Of a DNA stretch of 64,000 bases, positions 37,361 through 49,228 are shown piece after piece; position 1 is the first letter of the stretch; the number at the start of each line of letters is the position of its first letter. The notes beneath the pieces were generated by a model. That model worked only from the letters and a program-made list of their open reading frames with translations, was not told the origin of the DNA and made no database searches. This DNA comes from Vicugna vicugna (Eukaryota), in NCBI GenBank assembly GCA_013265495.1, contig MU058198.1, positions 384,419 through 448,418 on the forward strand, given 5' to 3'. Both the position numbers and the translations under genes were made by a program.

Positions 37361-39356
37361 GGGGGGGCCAGCTAGGAAGGCCTGACCTCATGGGCCTTCT
37401 GGAATATTCCAGTCAAATACTTACCCTAAAATCTCACTGAGTCTCTAGACCTGACTTCTAGTTTATAAGAAATTGGAGTAAAACTTGAAAGATCCTCATT
37501 TTAAAAATAAAGCTATAAAAGACTATTCTGGGACAACTGGAGAAATTTGAAAATGGCACGAATATGACATTGGTATTAATTTTCTCAGGTATGATAATGT
37601 TATCGTGGACACCCAAAAAGGAGAATGTCCTTATTTTTAGAAACTCCACAGTCAAATATTTAGGAGTGAAGGGTCACAGCGCCAACAACTCAATTTCAAA
37701 TGGTTGATCACGCACACAAAATGCATGCGTAGAAAGAGAGAAAACAAATGCAGCAGAATTTAACCACTGGGGCATCCAGGTAAAGGGTATGTAAGTTTTC
37801 ATTGCTGCTATTTTTTTCAACTTTCTATAGATTTGAAGTTTTTCAAAATAAAAATAGGGGGAAAAAACCTAAGTATCATGGAAAAAAATTAAATGAAGGC
37901 TTACGAAGAATTGCCTCCATTCACATCACAAAGTTCTGTGTAGGAAATTTTCCACTGCAGCCCTATTTTTAGGGATAAAAATAAATTCCTGGAAACAACC
38001 TAAATAATGTTTAAGGAAATAGATGAACAATTGATGATCCATTCTTACAATGGAATATTCGAGAACCACTGAGAGGGAGACACATAGACATGACTGTCTC
38101 CCAGAGAAAAACCAAGTAGTTAGTTAGGAAACAGGACTGGAAAGTGAATTTCCACCATATGCTCTTTTGAACTTGTTGAATTTTGTGCCATGTGTGATAA
38201 GTATTATTTTTCTTAAAAAAATCAAAGCTAAAAAATATTTTAAAAGAACCAGAGTTCTGTATGTGCTGGCCTGGAAAAGGGTACAATACAAAGTTAAGTG
38301 AAAAAAAAAATCAGGCTGCCAAACAGGATTATTCCATATGTTTTTTTAAAAAAACACATTTTTCATAGTAAATTTCTGGAAGTCCTCACAAAACATAAAC
38401 AGTAGTTACCTCTCAGAGTAGGACTAAGAGGTGAGGATGGGGAGCATTCTTTTCTCTTTAATTTGTACCCTTTTCTGTACTGTTTGAATTTTTAAATATA
38501 TATATTACTATTACAATAAAATATATATAGACTCAGATTAGTTTAAAAAAATAATAAAATCTGAGAGATGAATTCACAGTTCCAGGCTTTTGATGTAAAG
38601 ATGAAGAAATGGAATTTCATGAGACTCCAAGTCAGGAGTTAGACTGGGCCAACTCTAGCCCCACTGCCTGCTTTTTGTAAATGCAGCCTCCCAGGAACAC
38701 AGGCATGTCTGTTAGCGTATATATCGTCTCTGGCTGCTTTCCTGATACAACAGGAGAGCTGAACAGTTGTTACAGACACCACATGGCCCGCAAAGCCTAA
38801 ATTATTTATGCTTTCCAGCCTCTGGTATAAACAGTTATAAGACGAAGGAGTGGCGTCCCTGGGGTTAGAACCCTCAGCTTCTCATCCTCAGTCCTGAGCA
38901 CTTCTGCTCTTTCCAAATTCCGCCTGACACTACGTTCCCTGTGCCGTGTCTGAATCGTCTTATGTCTCTAGCACCCAGCCCGGTGCTTGGCACCCAGAGG
39001 ACACTCCAAGCCTTCTCAATAACCATGTACTCCCTTCATAATCAGAAACAAAGAATCCAAAAGGGGACTAGAAAAGAGGTCCTAGGAAAAGGGGGCTGGG
39101 TAGGAGAGACCTAACTGACACTCCCAAGAACAATGGCCACCCTGCACGCCCAAGTTCAGCAGTGCACCAAGACGTTCCGCGTCCAGAGGGAGATTCTGAA
39201 ACAAAAGTGAGCCTGGCTAAGCCGGAAGTGACTTACTGACCTCTGTGGGTGGGGCACCCAGAGGAAAGCCAGTGAAGAATGCAATGAAGCCTTTAACATA
39301 AAAGAGGGACACGTCAAGAAGCAAGGAAATGTTCTAGAAAACAAAGCTGCATTTAC

Positions 39357-39487
39357 CGTGCCATGCTGATGGTCAGGGGGATTATCGCCAAACACAGCCC
39401 AATCAGCAACACCAACAGGAAGAAGAAATTAGAATTGGATGCTCTGAACTGCCTGGGGGAGGGTCTGCAGGTATAAAGAAGACTCAT
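39357..39487 (-). CDS. TMC7: TMC7 exon 13 ([44 protein letters not shown])
   Basis: 131 nt, AG/GT; FRASxSNFFF TMC motif. Confidence 0.96.
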
Positions 39488-40149
39488 CTAAGGGGAGAGG
39501 AAGAAAGAGGAAAAATTAAAGCGTGCAGCTCCCTTGAGGATAAATGAGGGCATTCATGCATTACAGTGTAAGTTGGCATAACCTTACTGGAAGGGTCGTC
39601 AGTAAAAGAGACCAAAATGAAAAAAATGGGCCCAAACACACGTAGATGGATATTTACTGCTACAGTTGTTGATAACTGGGAATAACTGAAAGCAACCTAA
39701 GTAGCTATTGACGGAGTTCCTTAAGGGTTAAAGAGCATCCATACAGTGGAACCACAGAGCCCTCAGGAAAAATGAGAGAGCTTTACCTCCTCCACGGCTC
39801 TGTAAAATGAAAAGGGTAGCTTTTCAAAGCTCTGTACTGTATGACCTCATTGAAGGTTTTTTGGAAGTACTTTTTAAATATTTTACTGTACATTTCTTTT
39901 TTTTTCCAGCTTTATTGAGGTATAGTTGGCAAAACTGTAAGACATTTAGAGTGTACAGTGGGATGATGTGAAAGGATGTGAAAAGTATTTATTCTCTATA
40001 CAGGTTCAATATGTATTAAATGTGCAAAGAAAAAGTTCCTGTGAGCTGTCTTGCATACACCAAAATGGGAGCTACTTTGAATTTTTACAAGCATATGTAT
40101 TTTTCCTATATATTAAAAATATTTCCATTTTATTTTCTTTCAAAGGTTG

Positions 40150-40279
40150 TCTGTTTGTTTTGCTTTTTTGAAGAGGGTAATTAAGTTTATTTATTTATTT
40201 AATGGAGGTACTGGGGATTGAACCCAGGATCTCTTGCATGCTAAGCATGCGCTTTACCACTGAATTATATCCTCCCTCC
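40150..40279 (-). mobile_element. tRNA-derived camelid SINE
   Basis: 'tggaggtactggggattgaacccagg...gcatgctaagcatgcgc...accactga'. Confidence 0.8.
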
Positions 40280-41708
40280 ATGTAAATATTTCCATTGAGG
40301 GAAAAAAGACTTAAAGGAAATATCAAGTGGGGAGGGGAGAGCAGTATGGTGACAGGCATACAGTTTCTCCTGAATATTCTAGAAAGCTGCATCACTGGGA
40401 AGGGGCATCAAGCTTGTGTGACTTCTGCAGCAGCCAGAACATCTTGTGAGCTGGAGGGCACTGAGTACCAGGGACACTTGATGTCTTGTCTTGGTGTCTG
40501 CGGGCAGCTGGCCAGTCAGGTCTGGGGTGTCAGAACTCAGTCCAGTGCCGGCGACCCATTCCATTACCCCCACACTGTCCTTACTATGCTGCACATTGGG
40601 AGACCACTGTCTAACCAGTATTTTCTGGAAAAAGAAAACCTTTCTATGAGCTTTCTCGCCTCCATCTGTCCTTTGGTGACTTCAGCCAACTCAAGTTTCC
40701 AACAAAAGCATCGGAACATTCTTCAAAGGCCAAAACATCCAGGTACAAAGTATCACCCAATTCAAGGCCTGCTTACTGGGTTTAGAGCTTAGGCTCTGGA
40801 GTGAGGTAAACCTGGGTTCAAATCCCAGGAGTCATTTATAAGCTGTGTGACCTTGGACCAGTTACTTAACCTCTCTGAACTTCAGCTTCCTAGTTTATAA
40901 AATATGGTTAATAACAGTACCTACTTCAAAGGGTGTAAACATTACATGATAATCCATGTAAACTGTTCATAGTGTGGGGGCACACAGTGTTGTTATCATC
41001 TGTTATTATTATTGTTATGATTACTAATACTATTATTACTTCCATTTCAGAATCCTCAGGGCTTGGCGTAATAGGTGATCAATAACCGCTGGGAAAAAAA
41101 ATTGTTGGGCTTATTAACAGAGGTACTTCTGCAAGAAGGGATGGAATACCTCTATGTATTGTTTAAAAGTTTAATAGTGGGCAAATAGTGCCTTTATAAT
41201 AAAGAAAAAAGAAGGTCAGTTAATAAGCCCAGATAACTTAGGCACCTGCAGGGCTACTTCACCCACGAAGCATTTAGTTCAGGTGCCACTCCTAGGGCCT
41301 GGGAGCTGTTTGAGAAGCTACACAAATACTTGAAACCTGAAAACAAAGGCACCAGCTCCAAAATCCAAACAGAAAATTACAAAATTTTAATTAATAAACC
41401 TTTTGTTAAACATCACCAAAATGAATCACTGTCAACTGATTGATCAACTACAACTCAACTCTTAGACAGTTATGTATACAAACATTTAAATCAAAGGAGC
41501 AAAACAATTCTTAACAAAACTCTCAAAATGACAAACGTGAAAATCCATTCAAAGTCTTTTTTCTAGAATAAAAATATACGTCAAATAAGGGATGCAGTTT
41601 TCATACACCTGATAGGATGTGGGTGGGCTCCAAGCGTATGTGCGCCAGTTACCCTGCAAGATCAAGGATGGTCTGGGTTATCAACCCCTCATCCCCATCT
41701 CTCCTTAC

Positions 41709-41895
41709 CTCTTTCACGTAAAAGATGATAATGAACTTCAAGGTTGCAATCGCAGGAAGAAGGGGTGAGAAAAAAGCTCCAATCCAGCAAATGGTTTGCC
41801 CGTAAACGATTCCCAGAACGTTATCAGGAATGGCAAACTCCTGCTGTCCCCAGCACTGAAACAGCTTCCAAGAGGAGCAGTAGGTCACCAGGATC
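41709..41895 (-). CDS. TMC7: TMC7 exon 12 ([62 protein letters not shown])
   Basis: 187 nt, AG/GT; TMC domain core. Confidence 0.97.
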
Positions 41896-43557
41896 CTGGA
41901 AACAAACGGGACAATTTCTCACCTGGGCTACCAGTGTCCGCCAAGGCCACAGAGCCACATCCACAAAGTCAGGGCCACTTCCATACATTCTTCTCATGGA
42001 AAATAGTCAGTCATATGTCTATAAGATGCAGAATATAGTGAACTCTGGAATCATTAAGACCAGAGTCTCAGATCTACAGTTTCCCAGACAAATAAAGTTA
42101 GACAAGGGTCGTTTTTCTCATCTGGAATGCAAGGGGATTATAACACAACCTACTTCATCGCGTTGGGTGACAATAATGATGCGGGCAGCCTCTGTGCACT
42201 GGCTTGCCACTCAATCCAAAAAGTATTGTGCTATTGTGCATCCACACAGAAAGGGGCTTATGAGGACCCCACCACCCTGCAAGCCACTTCCCGGAATCCT
42301 AAAGCTTCCTACAGAAACCCTAGGACCAGAGGCCTGAGATAAACACACAGTTGTTGACTGTAGCATCGCCACATATTAGCAACATTACCGAAAACAACCC
42401 AAATGCCCATCAGGAGGGGATGCATAGACAGAGGATAAGCCTGGATACAGTAGAATATTATACAGTCCTTAAAGTGATTGAGGAAAATCCATGTGTCTGA
42501 CATGGAAAGTTGTTCATGGTATTTTGTTTGTAAGGGGGAAAAAAAGCAAGCTGCAGACCAGTGTGGATGTACTGTGATCCCACTTACGAGGGAAAAAAGG
42601 ACATTTCCAGTGAGACTGTGTTTACTTATACATGTATTTATGCAAGTATGTGTTTTTATTTGTAAGGGCTGCTGGATCTAACCCAAAGTGTTATCGGTGG
42701 CCACCTGTAAGGAGTGCGCTGGGACTAGGGAATTAGGGATAAGATACAAAATAGAACTTACTATTCTCCAGAATTCTATATTTATTTAAATTCTAAATAT
42801 TTTTTAAAAAATTTCAACATGCACACATTCATGTCAGTAATTTTTAAAAAGGATAGTTTTTTTTTTAATATTTACTTTTAAGGGCTTTCTGGACCTCTGG
42901 CATATGCCTAGAGAATTTGTACATGTGGGTAAAAAAGTGATTAAATGAACAGAAATTTACTTAAGGCTCAAGGAGATGCTGAGAAAAAAATTTTTTTTTA
43001 ACAACAGCATAATAATGATAATCATGATGGAGACAGTTAATGCTAATCATGACGGTGAGATTTCTGTGGCATGAATTGTTCTTAGTACTTTTATCTGCAT
43101 TTTGTCATTTAATCCTCACGACAGTACTATGAGGTGGGCACTGCTACTATCCCATTTCACAGGTTGGGAAAGAGGCACAGAGCCTAACTGACTTGCCCAG
43201 GGCCACATGACTAGGAAGTGGCAATGCCGGGACTTGAACCCAGATCGGAAAATGTGGTGTCCGCTGCAGCCTGGAGGGTCTCCACTCACAGGGCCCGTGG
43301 CTGTGCTAAGGGCAAGAAGTCACCCAACACGAGCCTCATGGAAAGCAGCACCATTTCTGCTCTTCACGCCGCCTTTCAGTGGGGCACATATGGACTAGGC
43401 GGTGATGACCTGGACCTGTCTGAAGGTCACCAATGGTTGTCAGAGGTTTCCGGGGAGGGTGGAATCATCCAGCACTTTGCAAAGAGCAGCTGTGATGGGA
43501 GCCTGTGGTGGGGATGAGGAAGGGGTGATCAGGATGGGGGGTACCCCTCACACTTAC

Positions 43558-43655
43558 TTTCTAGGAAAATCCACAAAAAGTGTCACAGCCAAGATGATGA
43601 TGAGGTCAAAGATCATCAGCTTGTACATTTCCTGCCCAACTTGGGTCTCCCAGCA
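43558..43655 (-). CDS. TMC7: TMC7 exon 11 ([33 protein letters not shown])
   Basis: 98 nt, AG/GT; TMC signature CWETxVGQExY. Confidence 0.97.
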
Positions 43656-43955
43656 CTGAAACCACAGAGAGAAATGAGCCTGACTTGGAGGAGAGAAAGC
43701 CAGGTTTTCCCAATGCCCTTTCCAGCCCCAAAACCTGCTGCCCCTGGAGGCCATCAGCCAACATGCCTCTGAGCCCCAGCACAGATGTTGGTTTTCAAGC
43801 CCTTAGAAGTGCCTGGTGTGCCAGACTCTGCCACACAGCAAGAAAGCGGACTAGTGGGATTCAAACCCTTGGCTGCAAGGGCTATTCTCTCGACCTTGAT
43901 GCCATTACCCCAAAATGACCCACCTAGCAAGATGCTTTTATCCCCGCAGCCTCAC

Positions 43956-44073
43956 CGGGTAGAGTTTCTGGTTGTAGCCACAGAGCTCACACGAGTAGTT
44001 GTCACAGGATGTAATCTTGGAGCCCAGGGTGAACACCAGCACACAGATGGTGGCCAGCCGCATAAAGACACAC
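43956..44073 (-). CDS. TMC7: TMC7 exon 10 ([39 protein letters not shown])
   Basis: 118 nt, AG/GT, frame-consistent. Confidence 0.95.
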
Positions 44074-46324
44074 CTGCAGGAAAGACAGAGAAGGGAGGGT
44101 GAGAAGAGGAGGGTTCAGGACGGGCTGGCCCCTTGGAGTGGGGCTGGGGCCCAGACATGCTGCCTTTCTTAACAGCAAGCCCATAAGTGGGCACAGAGTT
44201 TCTGTTGGGGTGATGAGGAAGTTCTGGAAATGGACGGTGGTGATGGTGGCACAGCAATGAGGATGTACTAATGCCACTGATTGTACACTTAAAAGTGGCT
44301 AAGATGGTAAATTTCATGTTTATATATATATATATATACTGCAAATTTTTTAAATGGCAGAGAGAAAAGAAAAAAACAGATCAGAAAGCTGGGAACTCCT
44401 GAACCCATGATGATATAAGTATACTCAGAACCTATATATTCCTGGAAAGAACTGAATCTTCCAAGTATCAGCTTTAAGAGATGTCTGGTATATACTGAAA
44501 AGTGAAAAAAAATACATTGCAGAGTTTCAGGTAGATACACTCCTACTTTTACAAGAAAACAAAATGCATGAAAATTGGCATGAACAACAGGAACCGTGCA
44601 GGTGAGGGCTGAGGGAGAAAACAGATTGCAGAGAAGGTGCTAATTTTTTTTCTTAAAGATGTTTTTCCTGCTGTTTGGTTTGTAAACAAAAAATGAAATA
44701 GAAACATTAAAAAGTGTGTGGGTGGTGGGGGAGCAAACCCACACCATCCACTCATTCCTCACTACTCAGCAGGTTCCTGACATCTGTGCCTCCTGATGTG
44801 TGCGAGTACCCAGCACCACCAGGGGGCTTCCCACAACCAAAAACTGAAGCAGAATCTAATACAAAGTCTGAATCTACAGTCGTTTATGGTGACAAGGGGG
44901 CACAGAAAAACAAAAGACACCATGAAAAGACAATGAACTGAACGCAAAATAGAGAACATTCTATGAGTCAAATGCCTCAGATTTCTCCCACAAGTCACTG
45001 GCATAACACAAGGGAGTGTGGGGATTCTTAAAAGAATAAGAGATTTAAGAGACATAATTCAACACAGCATGTGGCCTCTGTTTGAATCCTGGTTTGAACA
45101 AGCCAATTGTAGAAAGCATTCTGCAACTCCATCAGGGGAGACTGACTTAATTTGATGAGGTGTGATAATGGTTATGATTAAAAAAAAAAAAAGCTCTTGG
45201 AAGGAAAGAGAAAGCTCAGTGGTAGAGCATGTGCTAAGCATGCACAAATTCCTGGGTTCAATCCCCTGTAACTTGAGTTAAAAAAAAATTCCTTGTCACT
45301 TAGAGATATACTTGTGTTTACAGGTGAAATGACACATGGCCTGAAATTTGAAATAATCCAGCAGGGTGGGGGAAACACATAGAAGCCAAGACTAACAAAA
45401 TGCTGGTAAATAGTTGAAACTAAATGATGGGCACACATAGGGGTTTAGCAGATCGTCCTGTCCGAAAATTTCCAAAATAAAAAGATTTAAAAAAAAAAGA
45501 TTCAAATGCCATCTGAGGCATCTGAGCAGCAGAAAGAAACCACTCTAGTTTCACACAGTCACCACCTGGTCCTCCTTAACTCACGTGTATTACTCCCCAG
45601 GCCCGGCTTTACATCTGTCATTTCTTTATTTTTTATTTTTATGAAAACTGAGTATTTATTTAGTATGAGAACAAACTGTACAAAGTCACCTGCAGCACAC
45701 GGTCAGGGACTGGGCCACATTTCCTCGGCACTCACCTGAGCCAAAGCCTCAGGTTCCTACCGCAAGTCCCCACTGGAACTCTCCTCCCACGGCCCACACG
45801 TGGAGGTAGTGGGGTGGATGTGGTGGGGTGAAGCCACCCTTAGGCAGTGGCAGATGAATACCTTGTTGGAGGACAAACACTCTACTGAGTAGGAAAATTC
45901 TAAGATATTTTCCACGCAACTCTCAGAGTTGTCCCATAGGACTGAGCCCCAGTTGCAACTGGGCCCCAAATAACATGCCGTTTTCCAGCTGCCTTCCCTT
46001 CTCTCTCTCACTTCCTCAGTTCCCTGCTGGTATACACTTGTCCTTTCTAACATCTTCAGAGAAACACCTCCTTCACGGGCTCCACCCTACACCCTGAGCT
46101 GTCAATGTGCTAATACAGGAACCAAAAATATACCACTGCTGAGTGGACACTCAAGTCAAAGAGAGCTCATTGCATGAGCAAACTCTGATTCATTCATGGA
46201 GGCTGCCTGGAGGCTGAAGAGGATTCTTGGCTCAGCAGGAAAAGGTGCCACAATTCATTAGTGATGTCTGCCACAGGCAGGGGAGGGGTCAAGTCGTGAC
46301 CTGCTTGGCAAGTCTAGGCATTAC

Positions 46325-46482
46325 CTAAGGATTGTCAGCCGGATCTCAAATCCTGGAGAATAATCCTCATAGTGGATAATCTTGGCAAAGATCATTGGGG
46401 TGATAAAATTGGCCAGCGTGATCACAATAGAAGGCAGGTACAGTATCAAGAGGTTCTCTCCAAAAACCATCTTGTCAATTTC
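46325..46482 (-). CDS. TMC7: TMC7 exon 9 ([53 protein letters not shown])
   Basis: 158 nt, AG/GT, frame-consistent. Confidence 0.96.
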
Positions 46483-46544
46483 CTAGAAAAGTAACAAAAC
46501 CTGTCAGGAGTATAGTAAGTTGCATCACAAATGAAGTGACCTTT

Positions 46545-47117
46545 AAAGAACTCAATTATGAGGGGGAAGGTGTAGCTCAGTGGTAGAGTGCCTGCCTAGC
46601 ATGCACAAAGTCCTGGGTTTGATCCCCAGTACCTCCATTAAAAAAGATAAATGAATTAAAGAACCTACTTACCTACCCTCCCAAAAAACAACAAACTCAA
46701 TTACATACCGGGGAGGGTACAGCTCAGTGGTACAGCTCAGTGGTAGAGCGCATGTCTAGCATGTGCAAGGTCCTGGGTTCAATCCTCAGCACCTCCATCA
46801 ATAAATAAATAAAAATCTAATTATCCCCCTCCCAAATAAATAAAATTACATTAAAAATTTTTTAAAAAGAACTCTATGATAAATCACAGAGAAAAAAATG
46901 TGACAATGAGTGTGTATATGTCCATGAATGACTGAAAAATTGTGCTGAACACTGGAATTTGACACAACATTGTAAAATGATTATAAATCAATAAAAAAAT
47001 GTTAAAAAAAAGAACTCTACTATACATATGTCAAGTCATTATGCTGGACACTTGACACTTATACAATATTGTATGTCAATTATACCTCAATAAAACTAGA
47101 AGGGGAAAAAAGAACTA
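46545..47117 (+). mobile_element. Nested cluster: two SINEs (about 46562-46694 and 46709-46862) and two L1 3'-tails (about 46877-47003 and 47020-47108)
   Basis: Two tRNA-like heads and two L1-tail motifs, with the AA(G/A)AACT target sequence recurring at the element boundaries. Confidence 0.8.
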
Positions 47118-48008
47118 TATATATTTAAAGCAAACAAAGCACTTCATTCAACATGGTACATAAAAATAAGCCATCTCCTTCCTTGGGTGTTCAAACAGAG
47201 GAACCATGATCTAGTACCACACTGGAAGAAAAATGAGCTCTATTTATTACAGGGAAGTATAAAAAATCCATGCATTCTGTATCAATAGGCAATTTAAAGC
47301 ATTTTCAAGGCTGTAGCACTAATTGACTTGGAACAGCCATTCTTTCCTTCTTTCATAATAATAGACTATTTAGTCACATCATATACATCTGGTGTAAAAC
47401 TAAATTTTCCTGGCCTCCCTTGTAGCTAGGTACAGCCGTCTGACTAAATTCTGGCCAAAGGGATGCAAGAGGAAGTTTTAAGTGCAACCTCCAAGTCATG
47501 CCCTTGAAGGAAGGGGTGTGCCCTCCCCACCTCCTTCCCACTGGATACAATGTGAACACAGTGAGCTATCCCGTACCATACAGAAGGCGGCCACGTCCTA
47601 GGGATGGCAGAGCTACAAGATGGAAGGAACCTGGGCCCCTGATGAGTGATTTCACAAAGCAGAGCCACTTGGATTTTTAAAACCACTGTTATTTCAGGTA
47701 AGCCAAGGCCCCAGCTAGTAAGCAGTGCAGTTGCGGATTAAATCCAGGCATTCCAGCCTGGATTTCAATGTTGTCAATTCCAGGAGGAGTTGGTATCCCA
47801 AACACTCTATTTTACATGGGGTTTTTTTTCTACTAAAGGTGGAAATTAGTCACTCTGATTTTAAGTTCTCTGTCCTATCAGCCAAACTTATATCCCCATA
47901 TGTAAAACAGAATGATGACAGTATCTTGTCTCAGAGGTTTGCAATACACTTAGCATACATAAAGTCCAACCGGAGTGAAAGTTAAATTGACCTTCACGGA
48001 GCGCTTAC

Positions 48009-48182
48009 TTTTTTCATGTGTTCTTGTGAGAATATAGTTGCTCTATAGATTGCATAAAAGCACGCCGCTAAAACGGCCAGCACAATGCAGTTCAAAACCA
48101 GCCGCAAAGAATAAATCCGTATCGTTTCTTCTGAGGTCCTTTCTGCTATTTTCTGCCGTATTCTTTCTTCCTCCAGATCTGC
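48009..48182 (-). CDS. TMC7: TMC7 exon 8 ([58 protein letters not shown])
   Basis: 174 nt, AG/GT, frame-consistent. Confidence 0.96.
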
Positions 48183-49080
48183 CTGAGAACCAAAGAAAAC
48201 TCACTTGTGAGCACTGGGATGAAGGGATAGTCAGGGCTGGAAACTGACTCATTGTCATCCCCTCCCTCTCCATCTTTAAACTTTCCTTAAATATTCATCT
48301 CCCCCGAGATACCTTCTCAGACCAAGCCCAACTAGTTTCCATGTCTACTGCAGGCCTGAGTCAGGGCAGGATCTCCCATTTAAGGCTGCAATTAGGCTTT
48401 GTAATAAATGTGAAAACAGAACTAGAACCTACTCATAACATTACTCATATGCAGTATGTGCATTTCTTTAAACAAATGATACATTTGATTTGATTCCTTC
48501 CATCTCACTTTATTAAGCTTTTGATATAATCGCCTCCTCTTTTTATGGGCAGGTTTGATCGAGATGCTTTTTGCATGGAAAAGAATATGAAAACGAGCAC
48601 ATGTATGTATATGGATGACAGAAATATTATGCTGCACACCAGAAATTGACACAACACGGTAAACTGACTAGACTTCAATTACAAGAGAAGATGCTACTTA
48701 TTACTCCTTTTCTCCTTATTAATTTGGAAATCCTACTTTTTCATGTTCTGTCCACTCCACCTTGCATCATAGCATCCCCTCTTAGTCCTGTTTCTTCTGG
48801 TTTAAGCGATGTTTATGACAGGTTCTCATCAGGTGGAGAAATAACAGGATAAGCTGTCGGCAGGGGGAAGCCACCACCTCTCTTCCTGGCTCCAGTTCAC
48901 CAGCTCCATTGTTTGGGCCTAAGGTAATCAGCCCCAGGAAGCCGTTCTCTGCAAAGAGCTCTGGACAACTCCACAGGGGAAATGGGCTAAGCATGGGGCG
49001 GGGAGGGGGGGGCACGGCCTGGCTCCTCTGCAAGTTGCAACCCCCCCTACTCCCGCTGGGGGAGACCCCGCGGCACTCAC

Positions 49081-49228
49081 CCGGAGCTCATAGCGCAGGC
49101 TGCTGTGCTTCAGCTCCGCCATGCTGCGGTTGGTGATGCAGAAGTCCCAGCCGGCAAAGATCTTGTTGCAGTAACTCTGGAAGTGTTCCTCGCTCCGGAT
49201 CAGGTTGATTTTGAAACCTTCCACCGAC
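49081..49228 (-). CDS. TMC7: TMC7 exon 7 ([49 protein letters not shown])
   Basis: 148 nt, AG/GT; FxGWDF TMC motif. Confidence 0.96.

Noticed and set aside
40295..42337. 165-aa and 197-aa plus-strand ORFs antisense to TMC7
   Set aside because: Non-ATG starts, partly repeat-derived, no homology I can recognise
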